Source of the DNA: a bacterium
Lineage (GTDB): Bacteria > Patescibacteriota > Minisyncoccia > Phycocordibacterales > UBA6065
NCBI GenBank assembly: GCA_030680695.1
Contig: JAUXUT010000149.1
Coordinates: 39,801 to 103,800, forward strand
Direction: 5' to 3'
Length of the DNA: 64,000 nucleotides
The translations under genes were made by a program, and so were the position numbers. A model generated the notes under the pieces. That model did not search any database. It worked only from the letters and a program-made list of their open reading frames with translations, and was not told the DNA's origin. Shown piece after piece: positions 47,351 to 56,109 of the stretch (its first letter is position 1; each line of letters begins with the position of its first letter).

Positions 47351-47919
47351 ATATTTTCTTCGTTATTAATAATGGGCACAGTATGCGTTCTTAATTCGAG
47401 CAGAAGTGTAGGAATTGCTTTTCTGCTCTTGGCACTATGGTAAATCCCAAAAAGTGACAAATCGTGGTGCATTACTTTTGCCTCCTACAATGCTACTCGT
47501 GAAAAAATGCAAAAAGGTGTGCATTACTTTCGCCACCCAGAATCGTATGCTGGCCAACGCATCCAATTAGTGGGTATTGAAATCGTATCGGGCCAAAAGC
47601 CTCCTGTCTGGGGGAATTACCTGGCAAGAAATAGATATAAAAATTAGTCCAGTGATCCTCTGAAAATATGCAAAATCAAAATGGCACACTGCTTTGGCAC
47701 AGTGTGCTGTTTCAATACCTCTAAAATACCCTTATGTGGCTTGGTGGATGATATCTAAACCGCCTTGCAAACACTCATTTGAAACACTGCCCCTGCGTGT
47801 GCCAAATTGTGCCAATTTGGAAAAACTAGACCCCGACCCACGAACTTCAAATTGGTCAGTCCGAATATGCTAAAATACCCTTACAAGGTCTTACTTGTGG
47901 GGTACTTAACCCACGATGC

Positions 47920-47946
47920 CCGCTACAAAAACTTTCTTTCGGAGTG
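47920..47946 (+). repeat. att-like site C (right island boundary)
   Basis: 27-bp identity with 23893-23919. Confidence 0.88.
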
Positions 47947-48063
47947 TCCCAGGTACGTCGACTCTCACCTGAAAACAACATCCCAATCCAGCGTCACAAT
48001 CTCAGATGGCTTCGGAACCAGATGTGGACAGGTTTTACCACTACCACACGTTATACTTACCTT

Positions 48064-48447
48064 ATGAAAAACAAATACGTAGACGGATTCTTGCTTGTCA
48101 TCCCAAAAGACAAGGTCGCCGAATATAAGAATATGGCTGAGCTGGGAAGGTAAGTATGGATGAAGCACGGGGCGCTGGATTACAAGGAATGCATGGGAGA
48201 CGATGTGCACCCTAAAGGCATGGGCATGAAGCCTCGTTCATTCATGAGCGCCGCAGATGCGAAAGACGATGAAACGGTCTGGTTCTCGTTCATAGTATTC
48301 AAGTCGCGCGAACATCGTGACGAGGTCAACGCGAAGGTCATGAGTGACCCTGCCATGAACGATCCAGAGATGAAGAACATGGCGATGCCGTTCGACGCGA
48401 AACGCTTCTGCTACGGCGGCTTTCAAGTTGAAGTAGGTTCAGAATAA
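48064..48447 (+). pseudogene. DUF1428 family protein with in-frame TAA (48151-48153)
   Basis: YVDGFLL...MAELGR*VWMKHGALDYKEC...MPFDAKRFCYGGF. Confidence 0.85.
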
Positions 48448-48483
48448 GCGGCCTATCACGGCCCAATCTGCTATTATCAATCG

Positions 48484-50331
48484 GTGAGCGACCAACCGAC
48501 ATATAGACACGCATTTTTCGAGATAACGCCTCTTCCTGACAAGGCTGTGTCAGTCATGTCGTCTCGCACAGGGAAGCAGGCGGTGCTTTCGCCGCGAGAA
48601 GCCGGCATACTCTTGTCCTGCAGCTCGTTCGACACCATCGACACCCACGCGCTGTCATATGCTGCCAAATTCGGGTTGCCTGAAGGATTCGTGCGCGAAT
48701 CGCTTTCCCTGTTCGTCGATCAGGGCTTCCTCGTGAGCAAATCGGAGTTCGTGGAGGCGATACGTCAGAACGTGGCGTCCGCAGGCATAGTCCCCGAAGA
48801 CGCAGCATCCGAAGCTATAGGCGTCATCGCTATCCCGACAACCGACCGGCCCGATGAACTATCTCGATGTATCGCGAGCATCCTGCGCAATCTTTCCGCG
48901 CATGGTCGGACACCCCTGATCGTCATCGCGGACGGCTCTGTGGGCGAATCTCTCGAGACGAATAAGCAAGAGGTCGCGAGGTTCAAAGGTATGTACGCGG
49001 GCGAGATCCTGCATCTCGACCTTGATACGCGAGAAAAGATGGCCGAACGCCTCGCTAAGGCGAGCGGCGTAGACAGTTCGCTCGTCAGATACGCGATCTG
49101 CGGCGAGGGCGACACATCGATCAGGACCGGGGCCCTGCGCAACGCCGCTCTTCTGTCTGCGGCCGGTAAGAAGATGATCTTCGTAGACGATGACGTCATA
49201 TGGGACCTCCATGTCGCCCCTGGATCAGAAGGCCTCGCACCGGTCGAACGCCTCGCCCTCACAAGCGCTCCTCCGCGGCAGACGTGGATATTCGATTCGT
49301 ACGACGAGGCGACGGCGACTTTCCCGAAGGTCGAGCTCGACTATCTCGCCGCGCACGAAGCATTGCTCGGCAAACGCGCCGCAGGCGCAATCGCCTCTGC
49401 GGTCGCCGAATCGTCGTTCATCGACGAGCCCGGCGCATGTTCCGATTCATTCGTCCGCAAGCTCGAAGCTTTGCCGCGCGATGACGGAATGGTAGTCACA
49501 ACTTATTCCGGCGCTGTCGGGCATTCATGGATGCGCGTCCATGCCCCGACCATGACATATGGGCCGAAAGGGGATCATCACATCTGGTCTTCTGACGAAG
49601 AGACGTACAAGAAAAGAAGGAAGAGCCCGTTCATCGGACGCGTGTCCGAAGGATACGCCCTGTATGACGGACCCAACTGCGTGTCGTTCAATATGGGCAT
49701 CGACGCGCGGGAAGAGGTCCCGCCCTTCACCCCGACCTATCGGAGCCAGGATGCTGTGTTCGGATATGCTCTCTACTGGGCGCGTCCGTGCGATTGGAAC
49801 GGCTTCGTCCCAGTCCTTGTCGAGCATCGACGGCACGAGGAACGCGCGCCGCGAACAGACCCTGTCGAGTCGTTCACAACCGTTGGTAAGATGGTCATCC
49901 ATGCACTATCCGCAGTGCGCAAATCCCTCATCGAGCAGGGCCGACCGGCCACTTTGGCACATATGGGCATGGAATTGTCGCGCATGGCGCGAGAAGATAG
50001 AAAGACTCTGATACAGGCAACAGAGAAAGAATGCGCCCGCAGACTCTATGGATTCGCGGAATATTGTCGGTCGATAGCCTCTCAGCACCCCGAAGGGCCA
50101 GCATATTGGCAGGCAGGGGTCGAGGCCGCAAAGCTCAAAGCGCAGGGTCTGGGTGACGATATAGGCAAAGCTCCGATCTTCTGGGATGTGCCAGAATGGG
50201 CGAAGCAGCAGAGAAGCGCCTGGAACAGCTTTGCGGATGTGTTTGGACGCTATGGCGAGCTTCTCGCGGCGTGGCCGGCGATATTTAGCTCAGCTCAGAG
50301 CACGAACCGGCATAGTTTCCCTGGGCGCTAG
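48484..50331 (+). CDS. GT-A fold glycosyltransferase-like protein with N-terminal winged-helix-like region
   Basis: IPTTDRPDELSRCI, IVIADGS, GALRN, FVDDDV, RSQDAVFG; GC-rich. Confidence 0.65.
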   Translation: MSDQPTYRHAFFEITPLPDKAVSVMSSRTGKQAVLSPREAGILLSCSSFDTIDTHALSYAAKFGLPEGFVRESLSLFVDQGFLVSKSEFVEAIRQNVASAGIVPEDAASEAIGVIAIPTTDRPDELSRCIASILRNLSAHGRTPLIVIADGSVGESLETNKQEVARFKGMYAGEILHLDLDTREKMAERLAKASGVDSSLVRYAICGEGDTSIRTGALRNAALLSAAGKKMIFVDDDVIWDLHVAPGSEGLAPVERLALTSAPPRQTWIFDSYDEATATFPKVELDYLAAHEALLGKRAAGAIASAVAESSFIDEPGACSDSFVRKLEALPRDDGMVVTTYSGAVGHSWMRVHAPTMTYGPKGDHHIWSSDEETYKKRRKSPFIGRVSEGYALYDGPNCVSFNMGIDAREEVPPFTPTYRSQDAVFGYALYWARPCDWNGFVPVLVEHRRHEERAPRTDPVESFTTVGKMVIHALSAVRKSLIEQGRPATLAHMGMELSRMAREDRKTLIQATEKECARRLYGFAEYCRSIASQHPEGPAYWQAGVEAAKLKAQGLGDDIGKAPIFWDVPEWAKQQRSAWNSFADVFGRYGELLAAWPAIFSSAQSTNRHSFPGR

Positions 50332-50803
50332 ATTGGACGCGGGCGACACCCTTGCTGTCGACGCACCAATATGTGCCGTTCGAGAGGCGAACGGACGCAG
50401 TGAAGTCCTTTCTGTCTACTGTGACGGTGCATCGTCCCGTGCCATTCGCGGTCGTAGGATAGTTGCTCGAGAGCATGAAAGAGCGGATCGAGGCGCTTGC
50501 GAACATATTCGTCGCGCATCCCATGCCTATGGTTGCGGTTGCGCCAGAACCAGATGATTCATTGCCAGCAACTGCCGGTCCGTAGGTCATCTGACCAGTG
50601 GTGTCGTAATATAGCGCTGCTGCCGCACGTAGGTTCGAGAGTTGCTGTTTGGATTTTGTGTCATTCGCCTTCTCGCGAGCGGAGCGTAGGGACGATAGGA
50701 CGACCGACGACAAGAGGCTTATAATCGATATGACCACAAGGAGCTCTATGAGGGTAAATCCGAGCACCAGCTTTCGCTTGTAGTCCTTCATTATTCTGAC
50801 CAT
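50285..50803 (-). CDS. Type IV pilin (outside the main locus)
   Basis: G-FTLIELLVVISIISLLSSVV; WCVDS. Confidence 0.93.
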   Translation of the reverse strand: MVRIMKDYKRKLVLGFTLIELLVVISIISLLSSVVLSSLRSAREKANDTKSKQQLSNLRAAAALYYDTTGQMTYGPAVAGNESSGSGATATIGMGCATNMFASASIRSFMLSSNYPTTANGTGRCTVTVDRKDFTASVRLSNGTYWCVDSKGVARVQSSAQGNYAGSCSELS

Positions 50804-50818
50804 TGTCCTTATATACTA

Positions 50819-51071
50819 TCACAAACCGTTGTGCGCGGTCTTCATAAGCCACTTCACCCCACCAAAACAACACGGCCGGCGCTTGCCTTTTGCGAGCATA
50901 TCAATACCTTTCTTGATGCGGCGTACGCGAGTCTCGGCGAGCTTGGCCGTGACGATCCAAAGAATCCATTCCTGTCGGGCGAGCGGCGTGATGTCGTCCC
51001 ATGTTGCGTGCGCGCGGGGAAGCGGCAAGGGCCTTTTGTAGGTCTATCGGCGTTTTAGTTGGCATCTTCAT
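50819..51071 (-). pseudogene. YdeI/OmpD-associated family protein, frameshifted near 51008
   Basis: PIDLQKALAASPRA / ATWDDITPLARQEWILWI..AK..TR.RRI...GKRRPCC in two frames. Confidence 0.75.
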
Positions 51072-51187
51072 GTCGTCATGATAGCCCACATTGCCCGTCA
51101 GCGCATATATAAACTAACGATATATATTTATTGTTTTACGATAAGTGATGTGCTAGTATAAATTCGTTATTAATTAAGCAATCAGAT

Positions 51188-51655
51188 ATGAAACGAGGCT
51201 CAACCCTTTTCTTGAAAATAGTCGTCTGCGTTCTCGCACTTATCGCGCTTGCCGTGCTTACCTTTGCCATGTGGCTCACGTATAACGTTGAGGGCGGCGG
51301 CGCAGAGTATCGCCCGATCGTCATCGGAATGTTTGTTGGCGCGATTCCATTCTTAATTGCGCTCTGGCAGTCGATGAAGCTCCTTATTCTTATAGAGAAA
51401 GGTACAGCGTTTTCTGACCTTGCGGTCGATGCTTTGAAGAAGATTAAATATTGCGGCATCGCCATAAGTATTATTGTCGTGCTCGGCTCGCCATATATAA
51501 TCGGCGTAGCCCATGAAGATGATGCCCCAGGCGTGGTCTTGATCGGACTCATCATTGCCTTCACCTCAGCTGTAATTGCGACGTTTGCCGCGCTTTTGCA
51601 AAAGCTTCTCAAGAACGTCATTGATATCAAGTCCGAGAATGAGCTCACCGTCTAA
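51188..51655 (+). CDS. DUF2975 membrane protein
   Basis: AFSDLAVDALKKIKYC, EDDAPG, DIKSENELTV; precedes an XRE HTH gene. Confidence 0.9.
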   Translation: MKRGSTLFLKIVVCVLALIALAVLTFAMWLTYNVEGGGAEYRPIVIGMFVGAIPFLIALWQSMKLLILIEKGTAFSDLAVDALKKIKYCGIAISIIVVLGSPYIIGVAHEDDAPGVVLIGLIIAFTSAVIATFAALLQKLLKNVIDIKSENELTV

Positions 51656-51665
51656 GCGAACCACT

Positions 51666-51869
51666 ATGCCCATCATCATCAACATAGACGTAATGCTCGC
51701 CAAACGAAAAATGAGTCTCACGGAACTCACAGACAAGGTCGGTATCACTATGGCTAATTTGTCGATACTCAAAAACGGCAAGGCCAAGGCGGTTAGGCTT
51801 TCGACTCTCGAGGCGATATGTAAGGCGTTGAATTGTCAGCCGGGAGATGTTCTGGAATATCGAAAGTAA
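51666..51869 (+). CDS. XRE family HTH regulator (YozG-like)
   Basis: VGITMANLSILKNGKAKAVRLSTLEAICKALNCQPGD. Confidence 0.93.
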   Translation: MPIIINIDVMLAKRKMSLTELTDKVGITMANLSILKNGKAKAVRLSTLEAICKALNCQPGDVLEYRK

Positions 51870-51882
51870 CGATTACCTAATA

Positions 51883-52419
51883 ATGGACACAAATATGTTT
51901 AATAAGAGAACTATCTTGATCACGCTCGCGCCGCTTTTGTTGCTCATCATTCCGCTCGTTGGTGTTTTCTCGAGCCAGGAGTGGCAGTGGGGTATCGAGG
52001 ACTTTGTTTTGATGGGAGTTATTCTTGTTGGTTGTGGGTTTGCGTATGCGTTCATATCAAGGTATGGAAATTTCACATATCGAGCCGCTGTTGGTATTGC
52101 GGTCGTGGCATCGTTCCTGATTGTCTGGGTGAACATGGCTGTCGGCATCATAGGCAGTGAAGACAACGCGGCGAACCTCATGTACTTTGCAGTTCCGTTT
52201 ATTGGGTTGATCGGCGCGGGCATATCGCGATTCGAGCCGCGTGGCATGTCTTGGTCTGCATTTGCCGCAGCCATAGCCGTTATCCTTATTCCAGTTATTG
52301 CCGCGTTCGGCATAGGCGTCACGTTTGAGCGGGATCTCGTGCAAATCGTTGGCCTTTCATCTTTTTTCGCGTTGCTTTATGCGGTGTCAGCATACCTGTT
52401 CAGGATGAAATTGGGTTAG
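51883..52419 (+). CDS. Hypothetical membrane protein
   Basis: Multiple TMs; WVNMAVGIIGSEDN. Confidence 0.8.
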   Translation: MDTNMFNKRTILITLAPLLLLIIPLVGVFSSQEWQWGIEDFVLMGVILVGCGFAYAFISRYGNFTYRAAVGIAVVASFLIVWVNMAVGIIGSEDNAANLMYFAVPFIGLIGAGISRFEPRGMSWSAFAAAIAVILIPVIAAFGIGVTFERDLVQIVGLSSFFALLYAVSAYLFRMKLG

Positions 52420-52493
52420 GTAATGAGCGTCAGCAACAGCGAGGGCCCCCATTCGTGAGAACGGCCCGAGAAGTATTAACCCAACTAAACACC

Positions 52494-52646
52494 ATGCTCA
52501 GCACAATCGCCATCATCCTGCTCGTGCTCTGGTTACTCGGAGTCGTCAGCTCATACACTGTCGGCGGATTCATCCATATCCTTCTCGTCGCCGCGGTGAT
52601 TATGTTCCTGGTGCGCATCGTGCAGGGAAGGAATCCGGTCGCATAA
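52494..52646 (+). CDS. lmo0937 family small membrane protein
   Basis: LWLLGVVSSYTVGGFIHILLV. Confidence 0.88.
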   Translation: MLSTIAIILLVLWLLGVVSSYTVGGFIHILLVAAVIMFLVRIVQGRNPVA

Positions 52647-52698
52647 TACAGGCGGCAGATTTTTTCGGACGGGACCCCGCGCATGCGGGGCTTCGTCT

Positions 52699-53397
52699 TC
52701 AGTATCCGATTGATACCAGAAGCACGTTGCGCGCGCCGCCCGAAAGGGCGGCGCGCTCCGCTTCTCGCAATGTCGCACCAGTCGTCGCTACATCATCGAG
52801 GATTATTACGTCCCGTCCGCGTACAATTTCGCATCCTTTTTTATCAGCACTCATACTCGCCCCAAAAGATCCTTTCATGTTTGCCGCACGTTCTGTTTTG
52901 TCCATCCCGACTTGGTCTTCGGTCTCGCGCGTGCGACACAGAGCATTCTCTATATATATAAATGTTCTGCCACCAGTGTTTTTTCCGTCGATTTGATCCA
53001 ATTCTCTGCATATCAGTTCGCATTGATTCCAACCACGTTCACGTCGTCGCTTTTTTGTCATCGGCATTGGTGCAAGAATAGGCAGTGATCCGTCGGGCGA
53101 CGAGGCGGCGAATCTGGCGAGATGTTCACACACCTTTATATAAGTCGCTTCTGCTAGTGTGCGCACGACACGACGATTCATATTGGTTTTTATCTCGACG
53201 ATGGCTGCCTTGGCGAGCCGTGCGCGATAGGGAAAGGCAACAACCAGACCATCAACCGGCAGCGACCGAGGCTTGGCCGATTCCTTGTCCAGCGCAATTG
53301 CCTCAATGAGGCCCTTAGGAGTCATGGACTCAAGTTCGCGCACACCTTCATAGGGCGGCATTATGCAGTCGAGTATCATTTTGAGGATGCGCATCAC
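52699..53397 (-). CDS. comF: ComF family competence protein
   Basis: RERGWNQ, ERAANM, ILDDVATTGATL. Confidence 0.9.
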   Translation of the reverse strand: MMRILKMILDCIMPPYEGVRELESMTPKGLIEAIALDKESAKPRSLPVDGLVVAFPYRARLAKAAIVEIKTNMNRRVVRTLAEATYIKVCEHLARFAASSPDGSLPILAPMPMTKKRRRERGWNQCELICRELDQIDGKNTGGRTFIYIENALCRTRETEDQVGMDKTERAANMKGSFGASMSADKKGCEIVRGRDVIILDDVATTGATLREAERAALSGGARNVLLVSIGY

Positions 53398-53429
53398 GAC
53401 ATGATATACTTCATATACGAGACATTGCC

Positions 53430-54545
53430 ATGGGATTCCTTCAAAATTTGTTCAAGAATCAAGAAGACAGCGTTATCGGCGTCGATATCGGTGCTTCTTC
53501 TATAAAAGTGGTTCAACTGCGCAAAAAAGGCGGCAAGGCCATACTTGAAACGTATGGCGAGCTCGCTCTTGGGCCTTATGCTGGCGTCGAAATTGGACGT
53601 GCCACAAATTTACCGGCCGAAAAAGTCGCAGCCGCGCTTGCCGACGTTATTAAGGAGGCCAATGTGACCGCCTCGACTGCAGTTATGTCCATTGCCGCGT
53701 CATCGAGTCTGCTCTCGTTCATTCGTATGCCGGATATGGATCGCAAGCGCCTCGACGATATGATTCCTATCGAAGCGAGAAAATACATACCGGTACCGAT
53801 TACAGAGGTCGCCATCGACTGGTTGCCAATTCCAAAGGAAGAAAATTCATTCTCGTCATTCGAGAAGCCTTCTATACCAGGATCAGGTCCAAAAGAAAAA
53901 ACCATAGAGATAATTCTCGTTGTTATACACAACGACGTTATTGCCCGCATGACACAGATAAGCGAGCTTGCAAGACTCGCAACACAATACTTCGAGGTTG
54001 AGGTGTTCAGCTCGATACGTTCTGTTGTCGATATCTCGACTGAAAGTCATCTGCTTTTCGACATGGGTGCAGGTTCGACTAAACTTTACATAATCGAACG
54101 AGGCATTCTTCGAAGTTCACACATGGTCAATCGTGGATCGCAAGACATAACACTCGCCATCTCGCGCTCGCTCGGTCTGCCCGTCGGCGATGCTGAAAGG
54201 GTGAAAAGGACTGTTGGTATATCTGCAGAGCCAGATAACAAGGCATTGGCAGAAGTAATATCCCTCAACCTCGACTATATATTTACTGAAACGAATCGGG
54301 TCATTGCTGCTTACCAACAGAAGCATCGCAAAAACATATCAAAAGTCATACTCACTGGCGGCGGATCGCTTCTCAAAGGCTTTCTTGATGTCGCACGTAA
54401 GCGATTAGAGACCGAAGTGGTGATGGGGGATCCGTTCTCGAAGACCGAGGCTCCGGCATTTCTTGAACCAGTCCTTCGAAACGCGGGTCCCGAGTTCGCG
54501 GTGGCCATCGGGGCGGCATTGCGCAAGCTTGAAGAGATGTCATAG
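53430..54545 (+). CDS. pilM: Type IV pilus assembly protein PilM
   Basis: IGVDIGASSIKVV, EARKYIP, DMGA, ILTGGG, AVAIGAALR. Confidence 0.95.
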   Translation: MGFLQNLFKNQEDSVIGVDIGASSIKVVQLRKKGGKAILETYGELALGPYAGVEIGRATNLPAEKVAAALADVIKEANVTASTAVMSIAASSSLLSFIRMPDMDRKRLDDMIPIEARKYIPVPITEVAIDWLPIPKEENSFSSFEKPSIPGSGPKEKTIEIILVVIHNDVIARMTQISELARLATQYFEVEVFSSIRSVVDISTESHLLFDMGAGSTKLYIIERGILRSSHMVNRGSQDITLAISRSLGLPVGDAERVKRTVGISAEPDNKALAEVISLNLDYIFTETNRVIAAYQQKHRKNISKVILTGGGSLLKGFLDVARKRLETEVVMGDPFSKTEAPAFLEPVLRNAGPEFAVAIGAALRKLEEMS

Positions 54546-54600
54546 ACATTTGGGGATAGCGTCCCTATGCGCATGGTAGTATAATCTTAAGGTACCGACC

Positions 54601-55227
54601 ATGGATCCTCGAATGCAAACATCGTTCATACCGAAGAAACCTATCGTCGCATCGCCGAGGATGGGCGATACTTCGGCCCCAATAAATCTCCTTTCGCTTT
54701 TGGCGACTGTGCTATTAATTGTTGCCGTCGCTCTTTCTGGTGGCGTCTATTTCTATAAGAATATTCTTATTAAACAGATTGAGGCTGACAAAGTATTTCT
54801 CGAGCAGGCCAGGGAAGCTTTTGAGCCTGAAGCCATAAACAGCATAGTTCGCCTCGATTCTCGCATTGAGACCGCAAAGAAGCTTTTTGCATCGCATGTT
54901 GCAGTGACGCCTCTCTTTGACTTCTTGTCTTCTATAACTCTGCCATCGGTTCGATTCAGGGACTTCAGTTTTTCATATGTGAGCCCAACCGAAATCACTG
55001 TGTCAATGCGCGGCCAGGCCCAAAGCTATGCGACCGTCGCACTCCAGTCCGATGTTTTTAATCGTCAGACAAAAGGCCTCTCAGGAACAATTGTCAGTGA
55101 CATGGCCCTTGATCCGTCAGGGCTTGTGAACTTCTCGGTTACAACCAAAGTGAATCCTTCTCTCGTATCGTACAAGACTTCTATTTCGGCCCCAGTGTCT
55201 GCTTCACCTAGCACCCAAACACAATGA
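54601..55227 (+). CDS. pilN: PilN-like protein
   Basis: TSFIPKKP, single TM; follows pilM. Confidence 0.75.
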   Translation: MDPRMQTSFIPKKPIVASPRMGDTSAPINLLSLLATVLLIVAVALSGGVYFYKNILIKQIEADKVFLEQAREAFEPEAINSIVRLDSRIETAKKLFASHVAVTPLFDFLSSITLPSVRFRDFSFSYVSPTEITVSMRGQAQSYATVALQSDVFNRQTKGLSGTIVSDMALDPSGLVNFSVTTKVNPSLVSYKTSISAPVSASPSTQTQ

Positions 55228-55754
55228 ACATCGTATCAATAATCATGGTGTTGGCATCCTTCGGACTCTTCTTTGCCTATGTTGATCCAACTTACAGCGA
55301 GATAAAGACACTGTCAGCTGAAAGGACGGGTCTCCAGCTCATGCTCGATAACTCCAAAGAGCTCCAGGCTGAGCGAGATAAGTTTCTCGAGATATATAAC
55401 GGTGTTACCAGCACCAACCGTGAACGTCTTCTCAAGGCTTTGCCGGACAATATCGACAACGTTCGCCTTATCATAGATATCGACGAGGTCGCCAAGAAAT
55501 ATGGCATGCGCATAAGGAATTTCAGCGCGAATTCGTCTGAGGAAAGCAAGGTGGTGGGCGATAGTTCTAAGGCGCATGGCACTTTGACCTTGTCTTTCAC
55601 AACCACGGCCACTTACAACACTTTTCTGGCGTTCCTAAAATCTTTGGAACAGAGTCTCCGTGTGATAGATATATCGTCGATATCTTTCACGGCGAGCGAC
55701 ACCAATCCGCTCCATGATTACAGTGTTACGATAAAGACCTATTGGCTCAAATAA
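55224..55754 (+). CDS. pilO: PilO-like protein
   Basis: TM, coiled coil, ALPD, YNTFLAFLKSLEQSLRVIDI. Confidence 0.82.
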   Translation: MNIVSIIMVLASFGLFFAYVDPTYSEIKTLSAERTGLQLMLDNSKELQAERDKFLEIYNGVTSTNRERLLKALPDNIDNVRLIIDIDEVAKKYGMRIRNFSANSSEESKVVGDSSKAHGTLTLSFTTTATYNTFLAFLKSLEQSLRVIDISSISFTASDTNPLHDYSVTIKTYWLK

Positions 55755-55755
55755 T

Positions 55756-56097
55756 ATGAAAGAGTCTACTTCAAACAAGAGTCTGGCCATCTTCCTCATC
55801 ATTCTCGTCGCCATCGGCGTGGCTGGATATTTCTATACCACCCGGGACCGGTCATCTGATCAACTTCTCGTTGGTGTGCCTGTAAACACGACCGCGATCG
55901 GAAGCGATCTTTTGAAGGCTCTTGGCCAACTCAACACCATTCGTCTCGATGTCAAGATTTTTGAAGACAAAGTTTTCATGAGTCTTAACGATATAGGAAC
56001 CAAACTCACGCCGCAGACCCCAGGCCGACCGAATCCGTTTGCCCCAATAAACACCTCCGCTATAGTATCTCCAGCCGCTACCACAACCTCCAACTAA
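55756..56097 (+). CDS. Pilus-associated protein (PilP position)
   Basis: TM plus GRPNPFAP. Confidence 0.65.
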   Translation: MKESTSNKSLAIFLIILVAIGVAGYFYTTRDRSSDQLLVGVPVNTTAIGSDLLKALGQLNTIRLDVKIFEDKVFMSLNDIGTKLTPQTPGRPNPFAPINTSAIVSPAATTTSN

Positions 56098-56109
56098 GAG
56101 TAACAACAC

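Larger units (their letters stand above)
23893..47946. mobile_element. Composite genomic island at tRNA-Ser(GCT)
   Basis: 27-bp direct repeat CCGCTACAAAAACTTTCTTTCGGAGTG at 23893, 24857 and 47920; AT-richer interior; serine recombinase inside. Confidence 0.88.

Noticed and set aside
23893-47946. CRISPR array or classical integron
   Set aside because: The repeats are few and kilobases apart; there are no cas genes, no tyrosine integron integrase and no recognisable attC sites.
38643-48447. Stop-codon reassignment suggested by in-frame TAA in the DUF1653 and DUF1428 genes
   Set aside because: TAA, TAG and TGA all terminate conserved genes at expected positions (rplO, secY, pilN), so these are point nonsense mutations or sequencing errors.
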